64,000 nt of DNA from an uncultured Alphaproteobacteria bacterium (lineage in GTDB: Bacteria > Pseudomonadota > Alphaproteobacteria > HIMB59 > GCA-002718135), in contig CACJRY010000002.1 in NCBI GenBank assembly GCA_902595855.1, positions 56,664-120,663 of the forward strand, given 5' to 3'. Positions within the stretch are counted from its first letter, which is position 1. Every line of letters starts with the position of its first letter. Below are positions 26,754 through 36,801 of this stretch, in pieces. The position numbers and the translations under genes are program-made. The notes under the pieces were generated by a model. That model was given only the letters and a program-made list of their open reading frames with translations. It ran no database searches and was not told the origin of the DNA.

Positions 26754-27090
26754 TGATGATGCGATGATCGCTTGATTATTCAAGAGGAAAGTCCGGGCTC
26801 CACTGGAAAAAAAACCAGGTAACACCTGGCAGGCGTAAGCTTAGGGAAAGTGCAACAGAAAATATACCGCCTTAATGGCAAGGTTGAAATGGTGGGGTAA
26901 GAGCCTACCGCTTTTTTGGTAACAAAAAAGGCATGGCAAACCCTTTTTGGAGCAAGGTCAAATAGGAATGGCAATCAGTTCCAGCTGAGCTGTTCGGGTA
27001 GACTGCTTGAGGTAAATGGCAACATTTATCCTAGATTAATGATCATCATTTTACATAGTAATTTACAGAACCCGGCTTATGCATCATCAT
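26754..27090 (+). ncRNA. rnpB: RNase P RNA (type A)
   Basis: P1 helix TGATGATGC...GCATCATCA; universal GAGGAAAGTCCGGGCTC, AGTGCAACAGAAAA, GGTAAGAG, GGCAAACCC...GAGCAAG and ACAGAACCCGGCTTA motifs. Confidence 0.97.
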
Positions 27091-27138
27091 TAAAAATAAT
27101 AGAACAAAACAGAAACATACTTATATTTTACAAGTTAT

Positions 27139-27172
27139 CCCATTGACGCCCATAATCTCCCATGATAACCCA
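27139..27172 (-). promoter_or_regulatory. Putative MraZ operator: four CCCA (TGGG on the minus strand) boxes with an exact 10-nt period
   Basis: CCCA starts at 27139, 27149, 27159 and 27169, just before the mraZ ATG; matches the known TGGG-repeat MraZ binding architecture. Confidence 0.8.
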
Positions 27173-27179
27173 ATAAAAT

Positions 27180-27647
27180 ATGAATTTGTTTGTTTCTACA
27201 TTTGTTAACAAAATTGATAAAAAGGGGAGAGTTTCATTACCTTCTATTTTTAGAGCTGCCTTGCCTAAAGATCACAAAAATGAAATCATATTATCAAAAT
27301 CCATAAGAAACAACTTTATAGATGGTCTAAGCGTTAATAGAGTAAACGAAATTGCAAAAAGAATAAATAATTTAGATTTTTTCTCAGAGGAGCACGAAGA
27401 TTTTACAACCTCTATATTTTCTGAGATGATACCAACTAACTTAGATAAAGAAGGTAGATTTCTGATACCTGAAAAGTTTAAAAAATTTGCAAACATAAAA
27501 GATGAAGTTTCATTTATCGGTCAAGGTTACTATTTTCAAATTGTTAACCCTGCTGCTGCTAAAGATCTTCAAAAAAAATCAAGAACGCGCCTAAATTTAA
27601 ATAAAAAATCTCTTGGAAAAATTTTATCAGGAGATGTTAATGATTAA
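27180..27647 (+). CDS. mraZ: Division/cell-wall cluster transcriptional repressor MraZ
   Basis: Two AbrB-like repeats, KIDKKGRVSLP and LDKEGRFLIP; first gene of the dcw cluster. Confidence 0.93.
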   Translation: MNLFVSTFVNKIDKKGRVSLPSIFRAALPKDHKNEIILSKSIRNNFIDGLSVNRVNEIAKRINNLDFFSEEHEDFTTSIFSEMIPTNLDKEGRFLIPEKFKKFANIKDEVSFIGQGYYFQIVNPAAAKDLQKKSRTRLNLNKKSLGKILSGDVND

Positions 27648-28575
27648 TAGCCATATCCCTGTAATGATTGATGAAGTAAAATCTTTTATTCCTGTAAGTA
27701 AAGATTTAAATCTAATTGATGCTACCTTTGGTGGAGGAGGGTATTCTAAAGCAATACTAGAAGAATTTAATATAAAGAATTTGTTAGCCATAGACAGAGA
27801 TCCAATTGCAAAATTTTTTTTTAATGATTTGAATAAAAAATTCAAAAATATTGAACTCTTTAATGAAAAATTTAGTAAAATTGATGAATTAATAAAAAAT
27901 TCAAAATTTTCAAAAGAGAGTTTTGATGTAATTATTTTTGATTTAGGCGTAAGCTCAAATCAAATTGATAATCCTGAAAGAGGATTTTCATTTCAAAATG
28001 AAGGCCCACTAGACATGAAAATGGGATCATCTACTTTGAATGCATATGAGATTATAAATTCATTTGAAGAAAAAAAATTAGCAGACATTTTTTTTCAATT
28101 TGGTGAAGAGAGATATTCAAAAAAAATTGCAAAAAATATTGTTAAAAATAGAAACATAAAACCAATAAAAAATACTAAAGTATTATCAGATATAATTAAA
28201 AATTCTGTACCTCCCAGTAATTCAAAAAATAAAATTCATCCAGCTACTAAAACTTTTCAAGCGCTTAGAATTTATATTAATGATGAGTTAAATGAACTAA
28301 AGCTAGCTCTTCATAAATCAGAAGATTTGCTTGCTCCTAATGGTGTATTAATAATAGTTTCTTTCCAAAGTCTAGAGGATAGAATTGTGAAAGATTTTTT
28401 TAACCACAAAAGTGGTAAACGATGGCGTTCCTCCCGCCACCACCCGGACTTAGGTGATCTTGGTCCTATAACCTTAAAGATAATCACCAAAAAACCTTTA
28501 AGACCAAATGATTTTGAGATTAATAGTAATCCAAGATCTAGATCAGCTAAGCTTCGGGTGGCTCAAAAAATTTAA
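27640..28575 (+). CDS. rsmH: 16S rRNA m4C1402 methyltransferase
   Basis: HIPVM, DATFGGGG, FDLGVSS, GPLDMKM, HPATKTFQALRI, NPRSRSAKLR. Start moved from 27613 to the ATG at 27640 (AGGAG upstream). Confidence 0.96.
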   Translation: MINSHIPVMIDEVKSFIPVSKDLNLIDATFGGGGYSKAILEEFNIKNLLAIDRDPIAKFFFNDLNKKFKNIELFNEKFSKIDELIKNSKFSKESFDVIIFDLGVSSNQIDNPERGFSFQNEGPLDMKMGSSTLNAYEIINSFEEKKLADIFFQFGEERYSKKIAKNIVKNRNIKPIKNTKVLSDIIKNSVPPSNSKNKIHPATKTFQALRIYINDELNELKLALHKSEDLLAPNGVLIIVSFQSLEDRIVKDFFNHKSGKRWRSSRHHPDLGDLGPITLKIITKKPLRPNDFEINSNPRSRSAKLRVAQKI

Positions 28576-28577
28576 AT

Positions 28578-28898
28578 ATGAAATATGCTAAACATATTGT
28601 TTTTTTTCTTTTAATAAATTTGATTATAGTATTTTTAACCATATTTTTGGGGAATTTGACTAGAAAACTAGAACTAAGTAATAATTCAAAGAATGAGAAG
28701 ATCGAACAACTTGAAGAGCAGTTGAAAATTAATAAAATAGAATATTCATATTATAATAATGCTCATTATTTAAAAAAACTCCATGACATTTATTTTTCAT
28801 ATGAAGAAACAGCATTAGAAAATAAAATAGTAGATATTAAAAACATATCAAATTTCAAAAATAATGAAATTGTTTTGATAAATTTGATTTCTAAATAA
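28578..28898 (+). CDS. ftsL: Cell division protein FtsL-like
   Basis: Single TM segment plus coiled coil, located between rsmH and ftsI; call rests mainly on position. Confidence 0.65.
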   Translation: MKYAKHIVFFLLINLIIVFLTIFLGNLTRKLELSNNSKNEKIEQLEEQLKINKIEYSYYNNAHYLKKLHDIYFSYEETALENKIVDIKNISNFKNNEIVLINLISK

Positions 28899-30557
28899 AT
28901 GAAAAAAAATAGAAAATTTTTATTTGATTCTGACTCTTTAACTAATTTTCATAAAAGAATTTTTTTTTCCATTTTGGTTTTTTTATTTTTCTTTTTTTCT
29001 GTTTTTTATCGTATTAGCTTCATCACTATATCAAGCTATTTAGAAATTCCCTCACCAGTGAAATTAGAAAAAAAAGAGAACAGAGGTATTATTTATGATA
29101 GAAATGGAGTAGTCCTAGCAGCATCAGTAGAATCAAAATCTTTGTCAGCTAGGCCAAAATTTTTAAATAATATTGATAATTTAGCAATAGAGTTAGCGGA
29201 GATTATAGATATTGATCAACAAATAATTAAAAATAAACTATCAAGCAAAAAAAAATTTGTTTGGCTTAAAAGAAATATTACACCAGCTGAACATCAAAAA
29301 ATAATTGATCTAGGAGAAATTAATTTAGAATTTCATAATGAAAGTAAAAGAATTTATCCTTTTAAAAATAGCGCTTCTCATCTTGTAGGATTTGTAAATA
29401 TTGATCAAGTTGGTCAAAAAGGCATTGAAAGAAGTTTTAATCAAAGTTTATCAAATGCTAGAGATATCACTCTTTCTATAGATATTAACCTGCAACAATC
29501 GATTAGATATAATTTAGTAGAAACTATAAGTCATTACAAAGCAGAATCAGGTTTAGCAATAGTAATGGATATTTCAAATGGAGAAATTTTATCATCGGTA
29601 AGTTATCCAGACTTCAATCCAAATGATAATGATAGCTTAAATAAAGATAATTTAATGAATAGAGTTATACAAGCGAATTATGAAATGGGATCAACTTTTA
29701 AGCCTTTAACGGTTGTTAATGGTTTTGATTATGGAATTATTGATCCAAAAATGGTTTTTGATGTTAAAAAAAGTATAAAAGGAGTAACAGATCATGACTC
29801 TTATAAAGACGATGGTTTGTATAATGTAGAAAAAATTGTTGTTGAGTCATCAAATATAGGAACCGCACAAATTGCACTAAAAATTGGAAAAAAAAATCAA
29901 AAAGAATTTCTTAAGAAATTAGGTTTTTTCGAAAAAATAAATACTGAACTTTTAGAGGTTGAAAAACCACTTGGAAATCCAAACAATTGGAGAGAACATG
30001 AGACAACAAGAATTGGTTTTGGTCATGGCTTTTCAATAACACCACTTCATTTAGTCAAAGCTTATGCCTCACTATCTAATAATGGTTACATCGTAAATCC
30101 TACTTTTGTGTTAAATTCCAAAAAAAAATTATCTCACAATATACTTTTAAAAGAAGACTCCTCTGAATATTTTTTAAATTTGTTGAATGCAGTTATTACT
30201 AAAACTAAATTCACAGGCCCAAGGGTTAAAATTGATGGGTACAACATAGGAGGGAAAACTGGTACATCTGAACTAATAGACTCAAGTGGGCGTTATTATA
30301 AAGACAGAAACATGACTTCTTTTATTGGTGTATTTCCAATAAACAAACCTAAATATGTAGTTTATACAGCAATAAGTTATCCCAAAAAACCAATTGATTC
30401 TAAACAAAGGATGACAGGAGCTGTGGTAAATGCGCCTCTTGTGAAAAAAATAATTTATGAAATGATTAAAATTTTGAATTTGCCATCAGTTAGACATGAT
30501 AACTTCATAAAAGCAGATGTACAACAAATTTATAAATCTGGTTATGCTTTTCTCTGA
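28899..30557 (+). CDS. ftsI: Penicillin-binding protein 3 (transpeptidase)
   Basis: RGIIYDRNG, SxxK (GSTFK), SxN (SSNIG), KTG (GGKTGT). Confidence 0.94.
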   Translation: MKKNRKFLFDSDSLTNFHKRIFFSILVFLFFFFSVFYRISFITISSYLEIPSPVKLEKKENRGIIYDRNGVVLAASVESKSLSARPKFLNNIDNLAIELAEIIDIDQQIIKNKLSSKKKFVWLKRNITPAEHQKIIDLGEINLEFHNESKRIYPFKNSASHLVGFVNIDQVGQKGIERSFNQSLSNARDITLSIDINLQQSIRYNLVETISHYKAESGLAIVMDISNGEILSSVSYPDFNPNDNDSLNKDNLMNRVIQANYEMGSTFKPLTVVNGFDYGIIDPKMVFDVKKSIKGVTDHDSYKDDGLYNVEKIVVESSNIGTAQIALKIGKKNQKEFLKKLGFFEKINTELLEVEKPLGNPNNWREHETTRIGFGHGFSITPLHLVKAYASLSNNGYIVNPTFVLNSKKKLSHNILLKEDSSEYFLNLLNAVITKTKFTGPRVKIDGYNIGGKTGTSELIDSSGRYYKDRNMTSFIGVFPINKPKYVVYTAISYPKKPIDSKQRMTGAVVNAPLVKKIIYEMIKILNLPSVRHDNFIKADVQQIYKSGYAFL

Positions 30558-31965
30558 TCTCAATAAAATATTAATTAATGGAGAGATTATAGGAAAATTA
30601 CCTAAAAAAAAAATAAAATTTATAAGTGATCATTCTAAGAACATAAATGCAAATACCCTGTTTGTTATAAATCAGAATAAAAATCTTAAATTATCATATT
30701 TTAAAGAAGCTATCTCAAAAAATTTAAATACTGTTTTAACCAATCGTTACATTGAAAATTCTCCAGTTAGTCAAATTATTGTAAAAGACCTTGATAAAGA
30801 AATTTTAAAGTTATTAAAGCTTACAAAGCCATTCCCACCTAAATTTTCAGTAGCTATTACTGGCACGAATGGAAAAACAAGCACAAGTTGGTATCTTTCT
30901 CAAATTTGTAAAATAAACAAGATACCTTTTAAATTAACTGGAACTATTGGTTATTTTATTAATTTAAAAAAAATAAAAGAATCAACTCTTACGACTCCAA
31001 GTAATTTAGATCTGTATCAATTTGCTTATTCAAGCAACAAAAACAACTATAATTATATATCAGAAGCTTCAAGTCATGGACTTCATCAGGGGCGCTATAA
31101 AAATATAAAAATAGATATAGCTGCAATTACTAATATCTCTCATGATCATCTTGATTATCATAAAAATTTTAATTCTTACGTTAATACTAAGCTTTCATTA
31201 TTTACTAAAAATTTAGACTCAAAAGGAGTAGCTGTAATTAATTCAAATCTTAAAAATTATAAAATTATAAAAAAAAAATTAAGAAATAGAAAAATTAAAA
31301 TGATTACCTATGGGTCTGCTGACGTATTCTTTTTTAGAGATAATAATTTATATTTAAATATTTTCAGTAAAAAATTTAAGTTAGAAAAATTTAAATTAGA
31401 AAATAATATTCAAAAAGAAAATTTAGAATGTGCAATAGCTTGTGCAATTGCTATGAAGATAAGTGCAAAAAAAATTATTAATTGTTTAAATATGCTAAAA
31501 TCAGCTCCAGGTAGATTTGAAGCTATCAATTATAAGAAAAAAAAATCAAAAATAATTATAGATTATGCGCACACACCAGATGCTTTAGAAAATATTTTGA
31601 AAAATTTTTCAAATGATAATTTTAAACCTTCGTTAGTTTTTGGTTGTGGCGGGGATAGAGATAAACTTAAAAGAAGAAAAATGGGACTGGTAGCAGCAAA
31701 ATATGCTAATAAAATTTATATTACTGACGATAATCCTAGATATGAAAATCCTAAAAATATTAGAAAGATTATTAAAAATTACTGTCCAAATGGAATTGAA
31801 GTTCCCAACAGAAAAAAAGCAATACTTTTAGCTATTTCAAAGTTAGATTTTAATGATATTCTAATAATTGCAGGAAAAGGACATGAGAATTATCAATTAA
31901 TAAAGAATAAAAAAATTGATCTTAATGACTTTCAAATAGTAAAAAATTTTGTTTCAAAAATATGA
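30544..31965 (+). CDS. murE: UDP-MurNAc-tripeptide synthetase
   Basis: ITGTNGKTS, EASSHGL, TNISHDHLDYH, IDYAHTPDAL, GCGGDRD, DDNPR, AGKGHE. Start placed at ATG 30544 (track gives 30517). Confidence 0.94.
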   Translation: MLFSDLNKILINGEIIGKLPKKKIKFISDHSKNINANTLFVINQNKNLKLSYFKEAISKNLNTVLTNRYIENSPVSQIIVKDLDKEILKLLKLTKPFPPKFSVAITGTNGKTSTSWYLSQICKINKIPFKLTGTIGYFINLKKIKESTLTTPSNLDLYQFAYSSNKNNYNYISEASSHGLHQGRYKNIKIDIAAITNISHDHLDYHKNFNSYVNTKLSLFTKNLDSKGVAVINSNLKNYKIIKKKLRNRKIKMITYGSADVFFFRDNNLYLNIFSKKFKLEKFKLENNIQKENLECAIACAIAMKISAKKIINCLNMLKSAPGRFEAINYKKKKSKIIIDYAHTPDALENILKNFSNDNFKPSLVFGCGGDRDKLKRRKMGLVAAKYANKIYITDDNPRYENPKNIRKIIKNYCPNGIEVPNRKKAILLAISKLDFNDILIIAGKGHENYQLIKNKKIDLNDFQIVKNFVSKI

Positions 31966-33335
31966 TACTTTTAGAGAGAATTCAAAATTACATAATTAAT
32001 TCATCAAACAAATTAAAAATAAGCAGTAAGGAGATAAAAAAAAATGATGTTTTTATAGCTTTAGAGGGATCACATAATCATGGTAATGAATATATGCATG
32101 ACGCCATTAAAGCTGGCGCCAAATATTGTATAACTGATAAAAAATTAGAAAATTTCAATTCCGATACAAAAGTACTTTTGGTTGAAAATGTTCAAAAATT
32201 TCTTTTAGATTTATCTGAAATTAAAAGATCGTTGTTTAAAGGTCAGGTTATTGGAATCACAGGAAGTGCAGGAAAAACTTCTCTTAAAGAGTATTTGAAA
32301 TATTTTTTATCAAAAAAATTTAAAGTTTCAGCATCTATTAAAAGTTATAATAATAATTTAGGAGTGATGCTTTCAATCTTAAATATAAATTTAAAATCTA
32401 ATTATGCAATATTTGAAATTGGAACAAATAATTTTTTTGAAATAAGAGAGTTAACAAAATTAGCTAAACCATCTCAAATATTTATTACCAATATTTTATC
32501 AACACACCTTGAAAACTTTATTAGTAAAAAAAATATTGCAAAAGAAAAAGCTGATATATTTAAAAAAAAATTTAACCCATTATCTGAAATTCTGTATTTA
32601 CAAACAAAATCTAAAGAAGAAGAATTAATATATCTAATTGCAAAAAAAGAAAAATTAAAAAAAATAATCAGAATAGGCAATAAAGGTTGTGAGAGTTATA
32701 TAAAAAAAATAAAAAAAATAAATTCTAATTATGAAATAATTATAAAAACTTTAGGCAAAAGTTATAAAATACTCTTATCAAATTGTGAGCAAAAGATAAT
32801 TTCAAATTTAATATTCATCTTAAATTTTTATGAGTTTAATAAGCTTGATACAAAAATAATATTGAAAAATAATTTTAAAATTCCAAAGATAGAAGGAAGA
32901 GGAAGTATACACAATCTTCTTTTTAATAATTTTAAAATAAAACTAATCGATCAGTCATATAATGCAAATCCTGAAACAATGATTGAAAGTATAGAAAATT
33001 TTTCAGATATTAAAAATAACAACAGAGATAAATTTCTAATTCTAGGCAATATGAATGAATTGGGTTTAAGTTCACTTGATCATCACATTAAAGTCATAAA
33101 ATTTATTGAAAAAAATTATTTTGACCAAGTTATTTTATCTGGCGACTCTTTTAAAAAAGCACTAAGTATATTCCCAAAATTAAAAAATAAATATGTTTAT
33201 AAAAATCAAAGCAATAATATTATGAGTTATTTAGAAAAAAATATTCATAAAAATGCCATTATAATGGCTAAGTGTTCTAATAAGACCGAAGTTAATAATT
33301 TTGTAAAAAAACTAAAATTATTTAAGAAAGGATAG
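31962..33335 (+). CDS. murF: UDP-MurNAc-pentapeptide synthetase
   Basis: ITGSAGKTS, SYNNNLG, FEIG, DQSYNANP, LGNMNELG. Confidence 0.92.
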   Translation: MILLERIQNYIINSSNKLKISSKEIKKNDVFIALEGSHNHGNEYMHDAIKAGAKYCITDKKLENFNSDTKVLLVENVQKFLLDLSEIKRSLFKGQVIGITGSAGKTSLKEYLKYFLSKKFKVSASIKSYNNNLGVMLSILNINLKSNYAIFEIGTNNFFEIRELTKLAKPSQIFITNILSTHLENFISKKNIAKEKADIFKKKFNPLSEILYLQTKSKEEELIYLIAKKEKLKKIIRIGNKGCESYIKKIKKINSNYEIIIKTLGKSYKILLSNCEQKIISNLIFILNFYEFNKLDTKIILKNNFKIPKIEGRGSIHNLLFNNFKIKLIDQSYNANPETMIESIENFSDIKNNNRDKFLILGNMNELGLSSLDHHIKVIKFIEKNYFDQVILSGDSFKKALSIFPKLKNKYVYKNQSNNIMSYLEKNIHKNAIIMAKCSNKTEVNNFVKKLKLFKKG

Positions 33336-33337
33336 TT

Positions 33338-34426
33338 TTGTTTAAAATTATAGCCCAGTATTTTGTTGAACAATATAGTTTTTTAAACTTATTTAATTTT
33401 ATTACTTTTAGAGTTGGTGCTTCAATATTAACCGCACTTTTTTTTTCTTTGATATTTGGACAGTACATAATTAATAAAATTTCCAAAATTCAACCAATCG
33501 GCCAACCTATAAGAAATGATGGTCCAGAAAATCATATAATTCAAAAAGCAGGAACGCCCACAATGGGTGGCCTTCTGATTATTTTAAGCGTTATTATTTC
33601 TTTAGTTTTGTGGGCAGATTTAAAAAATACTTTTATATGGATTGGATTTTTAACTTTATTAGTTTTTGGTTTTATTGGTTTTATTGATGATTATAATAAA
33701 ATTAAATCAAATTCAAGTAATGGATTAAAAGCAAGAACAAGAATAATATTACAAATTTTTTTTGCTTTAATAATATCTATAATAGTTATTAATAACCTAA
33801 ATGATCAAATTGATACCACAATATCTTTTCCTTTTTTTAAAAATGTAATTATCAACTTTGGATATTTTTATTTAATTATTTCATTATTTATTATTGTTGG
33901 GTCAGCTAATGCTGTCAATTTAACAGATGGACTTGATGGTCTAGCTATAGTTCCAGTAATGATAGTTGCAATGACTTTTGCTTTTATAGCTTACGTTTCA
34001 GGAAATATTGTTTTTTCTGACTATCTTCTTATTAATTATATTCCAGGAACTGGTGAATTATCAGTGCTATGTGGAGCATTAATTGGTGCGGCTTTAGGCT
34101 TTCTGTGGTTCAATGCCCCACCGGCAAAGGTTTTTATGGGCGATACAGGGTCTTTAGCTTTAGGAGCCACAATAGGCTCGATTGCAATAATGGTTAAACA
34201 TGAAATAGTTTTGGCAATTGCAGGTGGTTTATTCGTTTTAGAAACCTTTTCAGTTATTATCCAAGTAATTAGTTTTAAACTTACTGGTAAAAGAGTTTTT
34301 ATGATGGCTCCTTTACACCACCACTTTGAAAAAAAGGGATGGGCAGAGTCAACAATTGTAATTAGATTTTGGATTATAACAATCGTTCTTGCTTTGTTAA
34401 GTTTAGCCACATTAAAAATTCGATAA
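33338..34426 (+). CDS. mraY: Phospho-MurNAc-pentapeptide translocase
   Basis: KAGTPTMGG, DDY, NAVNLTDGLDGLA, FMGDTGSLALG, MAPLHHHFE; TTG start. Confidence 0.97.
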   Translation: MFKIIAQYFVEQYSFLNLFNFITFRVGASILTALFFSLIFGQYIINKISKIQPIGQPIRNDGPENHIIQKAGTPTMGGLLIILSVIISLVLWADLKNTFIWIGFLTLLVFGFIGFIDDYNKIKSNSSNGLKARTRIILQIFFALIISIIVINNLNDQIDTTISFPFFKNVIINFGYFYLIISLFIIVGSANAVNLTDGLDGLAIVPVMIVAMTFAFIAYVSGNIVFSDYLLINYIPGTGELSVLCGALIGAALGFLWFNAPPAKVFMGDTGSLALGATIGSIAIMVKHEIVLAIAGGLFVLETFSVIIQVISFKLTGKRVFMMAPLHHHFEKKGWAESTIVIRFWIITIVLALLSLATLKIR

Positions 34427-35755
34427 ATGAAAGATTATGTATACGGTATAAATAAAAGTGGACTGTCAGTAATTAAATTATTAAAAATACAAAATAAAGA
34501 CTTTGATTGCTGGGATGATAATAAAGAAACTAGATATTTATTAAAAAAAAAATTTTCAAAATTAAAATTAATTTCAATAAAAGAAACAAACCTGGAAAAA
34601 TATAACAATATTTATTTAACTCCAGGCATCTCTATTAATGACAAAAAATTTTCCAAAGTTTTGAAATCAAAAATAAAAAGAGATTTAAATTTGTATTATG
34701 AAAATATAAAAAATGAAAAAATAATTGCAATTACCGGCACAAATGGAAAATCAACTACTACAAAACTTATAGGGGATATCTTACTAAATAGCTCTAAACA
34801 GACATTTATAGGTGGCAATATTGGTGACCCACTTTGTAATTCGATAGTACAAAAAAAAATATTTTCTTATCATGTTGTTGAATTAAGTTCGTACCAATTA
34901 GAAACTATTAAAAATTTTGAGCCAAAAATTTCTATTATACTCAATCTTTCAAAGGATCACTTAGATAGATATAAAAATTTTGGACAATATGTTAAAGCAA
35001 AAAAAAATATACTAAATTTTAATTCTAAAAATATCAATTTGATTTCTATTGATGATATTTTTTCAAAAAAAATTTTTAATAATGTTAACATTAAGAATAA
35101 AATATCATTTTCTATAAATAATAGTAGTGCAGATATCTATTTTGAAAATGGTTTTATAATTGATAAATATTTTAGTAAATATAGTAAAATTAAATTATTT
35201 GATATTGCTTTAGACCTTTCACACAAATACAATATTCAAAATATATTAGCTGCTTATGCAGTATGTAAATATTTAAAAATTCCTATAAAATTTTTTAACA
35301 AAAGTATCAAAAATTTTCAGGGCTTGCCTTTTAGATCTACAATTACTTTAAATACAAAATCTAAAATAATAATTAATAACAGTAAAGCTACTAATGTAAC
35401 TTCAGCATTATTGACTTTAGAAGACAAAAAAAATATTTTTTTAATATTGGGTGGAATTGCAAAAAAGGGAGATAACTTTAGAGATTTTCATAGCTTTAAA
35501 GGTGATATCCAGAAAATATATATATATGGCAAATCAAGATTTTTTATAAAAAAACAAATAAGATTGCCACAAATTTCAGAAGTATATTTAAATCTAGAAA
35601 AAGCATTTGATAAAGTTTGGAAACATGTTGCCAAGTTTGATGGAAAAGCCACAATTATATTTGCACCAGCCTGTGCATCCTTTGATCAGTTTGAAAACTT
35701 TGAAAAAAGAGGAAACTATTTTAATAAATTAGTTTTAAAAAAGGTTAAGAGATGA
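34427..35755 (+). CDS. murD: UDP-MurNAc-L-Ala-D-Glu ligase
   Basis: ITGTNGKSTT, GGNIG, ELSSYQL, DHLDRY, NSKATN, PACASFDQF. Confidence 0.94.
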   Translation: MKDYVYGINKSGLSVIKLLKIQNKDFDCWDDNKETRYLLKKKFSKLKLISIKETNLEKYNNIYLTPGISINDKKFSKVLKSKIKRDLNLYYENIKNEKIIAITGTNGKSTTTKLIGDILLNSSKQTFIGGNIGDPLCNSIVQKKIFSYHVVELSSYQLETIKNFEPKISIILNLSKDHLDRYKNFGQYVKAKKNILNFNSKNINLISIDDIFSKKIFNNVNIKNKISFSINNSSADIYFENGFIIDKYFSKYSKIKLFDIALDLSHKYNIQNILAAYAVCKYLKIPIKFFNKSIKNFQGLPFRSTITLNTKSKIIINNSKATNVTSALLTLEDKKNIFLILGGIAKKGDNFRDFHSFKGDIQKIYIYGKSRFFIKKQIRLPQISEVYLNLEKAFDKVWKHVAKFDGKATIIFAPACASFDQFENFEKRGNYFNKLVLKKVKR

Positions 35756-36801
35756 ATTTGAGAGATTTTTGGACCTCAATTGACAAAGTTAACTTTATTC
35801 TTATTTTAATATTAGGTTTATTAGGAGTATTATTATCTTATTCAGTAAATCAAAATTTTTTGGTTATAAATAAGCATAGTGTTTTTTATATTTTTAGTTT
35901 GTTAATCATTATTTTTTTGTCACAACAATCAGATAAAAATATTAGAAGATTTTCTTTATTTGGTTTTATTATATTAATAATTTTACTATTATTATTGTTG
36001 TTTTTTGATTATGAGGTCAAAGGTGCGAAAAGATGGTTAAAAGTTGATAATTTTTCTTTTCAACCCTCAGAAGTGATTAAGCCATTCTTTATTATATTAT
36101 CTTCTTGGGGGATTGCTAAATCTATTCAAGGAAGAAAATATTATTTAGTTACGACATTTATATTTTTTATAATATTAATTTCTTTAGTGCTAATGCAACC
36201 TGATTTAGGTATGACAATTTTAATCTCAGCAACTTTTTTTTGTCAACTCTTTATAGCAGGCTTACCAATTCTCTTAGTGATATATGGTGTGATATTTATT
36301 TTTTTAGTATCTATTTTTGCATATTATTTTCTTGATCACGTAAAAAATAGAATTGACTCCTTTTTAGGAAATGCAGACTCATATCAAATAGATTTGAGTT
36401 TATTGGCATTTAAATCTGGAGGTATTTTGGGCAAAGGCCCCGGTCAAGGAGATCTAAAAGAAAAAATACCTGATGCCAATACTGATTTTATATTTGCTGT
36501 AGCTGGAGAAGAGTTAGGTTTAATTTTTTGTTTGATTATTTTAATTATTATCCTTTCGATAGTCATCAAAACACTATTAAAAGTTCTTAAGGTTAGTAAT
36601 CCATATAAAATAATAGCTACATCAGGTTTAATTTGTTCATTTGGCCTTCAAAGTTTAATTAATATTTTAAGTGCATTAGGAATGATACCAACCAAAGGCA
36701 TGACACTTCCTTTTGTCAGTTATGGTGGTTCTTCAATGTTAGCAACAAGTGTATTATTTGGTTTTTTATTATCACTTACAAATCTAAAAAATAATGAGTG
36801 A
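35752..36801 (+). CDS. ftsW: SEDS peptidoglycan polymerase FtsW
   Basis: GAKRW, QPSEVIK, QPDLG, PDANTDFIF, PTKGMTLPFVSYGGSS. Confidence 0.94.
   Translation: MNLRDFWTSIDKVNFILILILGLLGVLLSYSVNQNFLVINKHSVFYIFSLLIIIFLSQQSDKNIRRFSLFGFIILIILLLLLLFFDYEVKGAKRWLKVDNFSFQPSEVIKPFFIILSSWGIAKSIQGRKYYLVTTFIFFIILISLVLMQPDLGMTILISATFFCQLFIAGLPILLVIYGVIFIFLVSIFAYYFLDHVKNRIDSFLGNADSYQIDLSLLAFKSGGILGKGPGQGDLKEKIPDANTDFIFAVAGEELGLIFCLIILIIILSIVIKTLLKVLKVSNPYKIIATSGLICSFGLQSLINILSALGMIPTKGMTLPFVSYGGSSMLATSVLFGFLLSLTNLKNNE

Noticed and set aside
26780-27146. Two short ORFs (26780-26974 minus, 26916-27146 plus)
   Set aside because: They overlap the RNase P RNA gene and are open only because of its higher GC content.
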